18,848 bases of DNA, from the NCBI GenBank assembly GCA_043750125.1, contig JAYVCD010000117.1:1-18848 (forward strand). Reading direction: 5' to 3'. Below, one piece after another: positions 16,165 to 18,848 of this stretch. Made by a program: the position numbers and the translations under genes. A model generated the notes under the pieces. The model saw only the letters and a list, made by a program, of their open reading frames with translations. It was not told the DNA's origin and did no database searches. Numbering within the stretch: the first letter of the stretch is position 1; the number at the start of each line of letters is the position of its first letter. This stretch comes from Archangiaceae bacterium. GTDB taxonomy: Bacteria; Myxococcota; Myxococcia; Myxococcales; Myxococcaceae.

Positions 16165-17331
16165 ATGACCGCGCGTCGTTTCTTGCTGGCCCTGTCGCTC
16201 TCTTCGGTCGCACTCCTCGGTTGCCCCGATAAAAAGCCCGTTGAGGCTCCGAAGGCTGCCGAGCCGAAGGTCGCCGAACTGCCCAAGGCCAAGCCGCCTG
16301 CCGCGGAAGAAGCCCACGCGCTCAAAGAGTGCGCCGCAGCCCTCGAAGTGGCCCCCTCGGTCGACGTGAAGGTCGGCGAGCGGGCTGGAAAGCTGGGTGG
16401 CTACAAGCTGACCTTTACCGACAAGGACGCAGACGCCCTCAACTTTGGGGTGCTGGGGCCGGTCAACGAGGACCTCGGCGAAAACATGGTCGCGCTGCGG
16501 AAGTACGCCAAGTTCTTCACCGACGAAAAAGCCGACGCGATCATCGTCACCGGCGACGTGGGCGAGAAGGCTTCGAGCATCACCCGGGTGCTCAACGTGC
16601 TTTCCGAGACCAGGCTTCCGATCTTCGTGATCATCGGCAACCGCGAGTGCCGGGCCGAGTTCACCGATGGCGTCGCAGCCTCGAAGAAGGATCACTCGAA
16701 CATCGTCAACCTGAACGAAGTGCGCGCGATCGAGTTCCCCGAGGTCACGATCGTCTCGCTGCCCGGCTACCACGCGCCCGACTACATTCAGTGCGCGACC
16801 GGCTGCCGCTACTTCAAGAGCACGCTCGACGAAGTCGTCCGCGTCGCCAAAGACTCGAAGGTTCCAGTGCTGCTCGTCTCGCACGGCCCTCCGCATGGAG
16901 CCAGCAACCAGGCGCTCGACTTCGCCTCGGCGGGCGGCAACGTCGGCGACGAGAACATCAACAAGGCGATCAGCGAAGGCGCGATTTCGTTCGGCGTCTT
17001 TTCGAACATCAAGGAAGCCGGGGGCCGGGCCGCCTCGGATCCTGCCGGCGCGACGCTGGTCAAAGAGAACATCCCTTCGAAGACCCTCTTCTACGCCGCG
17101 GGTCCGGCCGACACCTTCGGGTGGGAGCTCAACGACGGGACCAAGAGCGTCGGAATGGCGGGCTTGCTGTCGATCAAAGAAGGCCAGGCCACCTACAAGA
17201 ACTACCGGATGAAGGCGCTCAACGCGGCGGAGAAAGCCGAAGCGAAGAAGCTCGAGCCGCCCCTGACCGCCGAGAAGACCGAGACCGCCCCTCCCCCGGG
17301 GAAGGTCGCTCCGGCCGAACCGACGAAGTAG
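16165..17331 (+). CDS. Lipoprotein with a calcineurin-like metallophosphoesterase fold and degenerate metal ligands
   Basis: MTARRFLLALSLSSVALLGC lipobox and Pro/Lys/Ala linker. DAIIVTGDVGE, VIIGNRE and LLVSHGPP match phosphoesterase motifs II-IV. Confidence 0.83.
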   Translation: MTARRFLLALSLSSVALLGCPDKKPVEAPKAAEPKVAELPKAKPPAAEEAHALKECAAALEVAPSVDVKVGERAGKLGGYKLTFTDKDADALNFGVLGPVNEDLGENMVALRKYAKFFTDEKADAIIVTGDVGEKASSITRVLNVLSETRLPIFVIIGNRECRAEFTDGVAASKKDHSNIVNLNEVRAIEFPEVTIVSLPGYHAPDYIQCATGCRYFKSTLDEVVRVAKDSKVPVLLVSHGPPHGASNQALDFASAGGNVGDENINKAISEGAISFGVFSNIKEAGGRAASDPAGATLVKENIPSKTLFYAAGPADTFGWELNDGTKSVGMAGLLSIKEGQATYKNYRMKALNAAEKAEAKKLEPPLTAEKTETAPPPGKVAPAEPTK

Positions 17332-17341
17332 CGCCGTGTTT

Positions 17342-17370
17342 TTGACCGAGGGTGCCCCCCCGGTTACCCT
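17342..17370 (+). promoter_or_regulatory. Candidate sigma70 promoter of the MshEN gene
   Basis: TTGACC (17342-17347), N17, TACCCT (17365-17370), ending 10 nt before GTG 17381. Confidence 0.55.
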
Positions 17371-17380
17371 CGAAGCACTC

Positions 17381-18169
17381 GTGATCGCACCCGCGCCTGC
17401 CCGTCGAAGACGTCTTGGTGAGCTGCTCATCGATGCCGGAGTTCTGGACGAGTCGCGGCTGAAGGCGGCGCTGGGGGAACAGAAGAAGTGGGGCGGCAAG
17501 CTCGGCCGCACCCTGGTCGAGATGGGCTTCGTCGATGAAGACTCGATGATGCGGGCGCTGTCTCGGCAGCTGAGCCTGCAGGCGCTGGATCTCGACGCCG
17601 TCTCGTTGCCCTCGAGCGTCGTTCAGCTGCTGCGGGTCGACTTGTGTGAGCGCTACGGGGTCTTCCCGGTCGGCGGCGATCCCAAGACCCGCACCCTGCA
17701 GCTGGCTACGTCCGACCCCACCAACAGCGAGGCGATGCAGGAGCTCTCGGTCGCGACCAACTCGAAGATCGTCACCGTGGTGGCGACCGGGTCGGGCATC
17801 GATCGCGCGATCCGGCGCTACTACTACGGAGAGGCTTCGGTCGCGCGAGCGAGCAACCCGGCCGCTGCCGCAGCGCCTGAGACGCCTTCCGCCAGCCTCG
17901 ATCTCGATGAGCTGCTGGGCAACGTTCCCCCTCGGGCCAGCCAACCCCGACAGCCGGCGATCGCCACTCCCCTGCCCATTCCTGCGGCGGCGGGCCCCGA
18001 CGAAGCGGCGCTGAAGAGAGAGGTCGCGGTCCTGAAGGAACAGATCGACAGCCTCGAGAAGGTCAGCGCCAGCCAGGCTCGGGCGATGCGCGGGCTGGTC
18101 GAGTTGCTGATCGAGTCGGGCCTCGTCTCGCGCGATGAGTACGTGGTCAAGGTGAACAAAGTCGACTGA
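17381..18169 (+). CDS. Stand-alone MshEN / GspE-PilB N-terminal domain protein with C-terminal coiled coil and no ATPase domain; putative c-di-GMP receptor
   Basis: RLGELLIDAGVLDESRLKAALGEQ-KKWGG-KLGRTLVEMGFVDEDSMMRALSRQ (24+5+24 aa), then the T2SSE_N subdomain (LATSDPTN...IDRAIRRYYYG). No Walker motifs. Start GTG 17381 inferred; the ORF track starts at 17336. Confidence 0.88.
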   Translation: MIAPAPARRRRLGELLIDAGVLDESRLKAALGEQKKWGGKLGRTLVEMGFVDEDSMMRALSRQLSLQALDLDAVSLPSSVVQLLRVDLCERYGVFPVGGDPKTRTLQLATSDPTNSEAMQELSVATNSKIVTVVATGSGIDRAIRRYYYGEASVARASNPAAAAAPETPSASLDLDELLGNVPPRASQPRQPAIATPLPIPAAAGPDEAALKREVAVLKEQIDSLEKVSASQARAMRGLVELLIESGLVSRDEYVVKVNKVD

Positions 18170-18194
18170 GGTTTCGGAACGTTGGCCGATGGGT

Positions 18195-18295
18195 CGGCAC
18201 CACGAATTGTGCGGCCGGGTGCTTGGGTAACACTTCAGACCGGCCCCCGTGTCAGCGTTGTTACCTGCGCGCCCGGTCCGTACCGAATTGTGCCG
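18195..18295. repeat. ~100-bp imperfect inverted repeat (long hairpin) in an intergenic region
   Basis: CGGCAC/GTGCCG ends, GTGCGG-CCGGGTGC pairing with GCGCCCGGTCCGTAC, and GGTAACA (18226-18232) pairing with TGTTACC (18259-18265). Confidence 0.6.
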
Positions 18296-18422
18296 GCGAG
18301 CGCAGGGGTACCACCTCACCGCTGGATTGATCGGTACTGTGGTGCAGGTTGCATTTCGCCGGTATCTAGCCTTCGCGAAGTGAAGCTCCCGTCGACAACC
18401 AGCCTTGAGACTGGAGGTTCAA

Positions 18423-18716
18423 ATGTCATTCGTCTTGGAAGTAGTTCTCAATGATGGCACTCCGATTCGGGTCGGATTGAAGAGTGCTGGCGCCTTGGTG
18501 GCGACTCTAAACGCGGTTGTGGCTAAGGAAGACAACCAGATAAAGCTGGAGCTAAATCTGGGAGGGCTCAGTTACGAGGGACCAAGAAGTTTTCTCTTGA
18601 AGTGGCCAAAACAGCCGCTGAGGCTGGGCGACGTCTTGAAGATAACGATTGGATCCGTGCAGGTCCCTGATCCTCCGATGCATCGAGAAGACGTTACGGA
18701 TGAAACTGAGCGCTGA
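18423..18716 (+). CDS. Small hypothetical protein (97 aa), low GC
   Basis: SD GGAGG (18413-18417) 5 nt before ATG 18423. Predicted beta-rich. 156/300 = 52% GC over 18421-18720 by hand count. Confidence 0.72.
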   Translation: MSFVLEVVLNDGTPIRVGLKSAGALVATLNAVVAKEDNQIKLELNLGGLSYEGPRSFLLKWPKQPLRLGDVLKITIGSVQVPDPPMHREDVTDETER

Positions 18717-18848
18717 AGCGGCGGGGCGGAGCTACCCGTGAGCATCCTAAACAACGCCCCGATGCTGAAGAATGCCATGGCCGGCTCCGACTGTCGGCAG
18801 CTGGATAAAAAGTCGTTAACAAGTGGCGCTCCTTGGCCGACCAGAACG

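Noticed and set aside
17381-18169. Calling this gene gspE/pilB or a pseudogene of one
   Set aside because: No Walker motifs or ATPase remnant were seen in or after the gene, and it ends cleanly in a coiled-coil domain.
18195-18295. Hairpin as SRP (4.5S) RNA, 6S RNA or integron attC
   Set aside because: It lacks the SRP GGAA tetraloop/AGCAG motif, is too short for 6S, and has no properly placed RYYYAAC...GTTRRRY ends.
18182-18454. 90-aa ORF across the hairpin region (and 18572..18778 minus)
   Set aside because: No SD, no recognisable motif, and both overlap the better-supported SD-led gene at 18423.
1-18848. CRISPR array, rRNA, transposase, retron/RT or known anti-phage defence genes
   Set aside because: No regularly spaced repeats or diagnostic motifs were seen by eye.

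Overview
GC-rich bacterial DNA; sampled lines in the core genes are about 62-73% GC. Gene content (sigma54 enhancer-binding protein, stand-alone MshEN protein, many lipoproteins) suggests Myxococcota, which is an inference. Left edge: the 3' part of a tyrosine integrase converges on a tRNA-Gly(CCC) gene, marking the boundary of an integrated element. Next is a same-strand block: OprB-family porin, sensor kinase, sigma54-dependent response regulator and czcCBA-like heavy-metal RND efflux genes, with a candidate UAS/sigma54 promoter between the regulator and czcC. The right half is a compact envelope-protein cluster: a hypothetical protein, a lipidated gluzincin + beta-propeller + Omp85-like barrel fusion, a small membrane protein, two lipoproteins (one a probable pseudo-metallophosphoesterase) and an ATPase-less MshEN c-di-GMP receptor. 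The window ends with a ~100-bp imperfect hairpin and a low-GC (~52%) small gene of unknown function. No CRISPR array or rRNA was seen.
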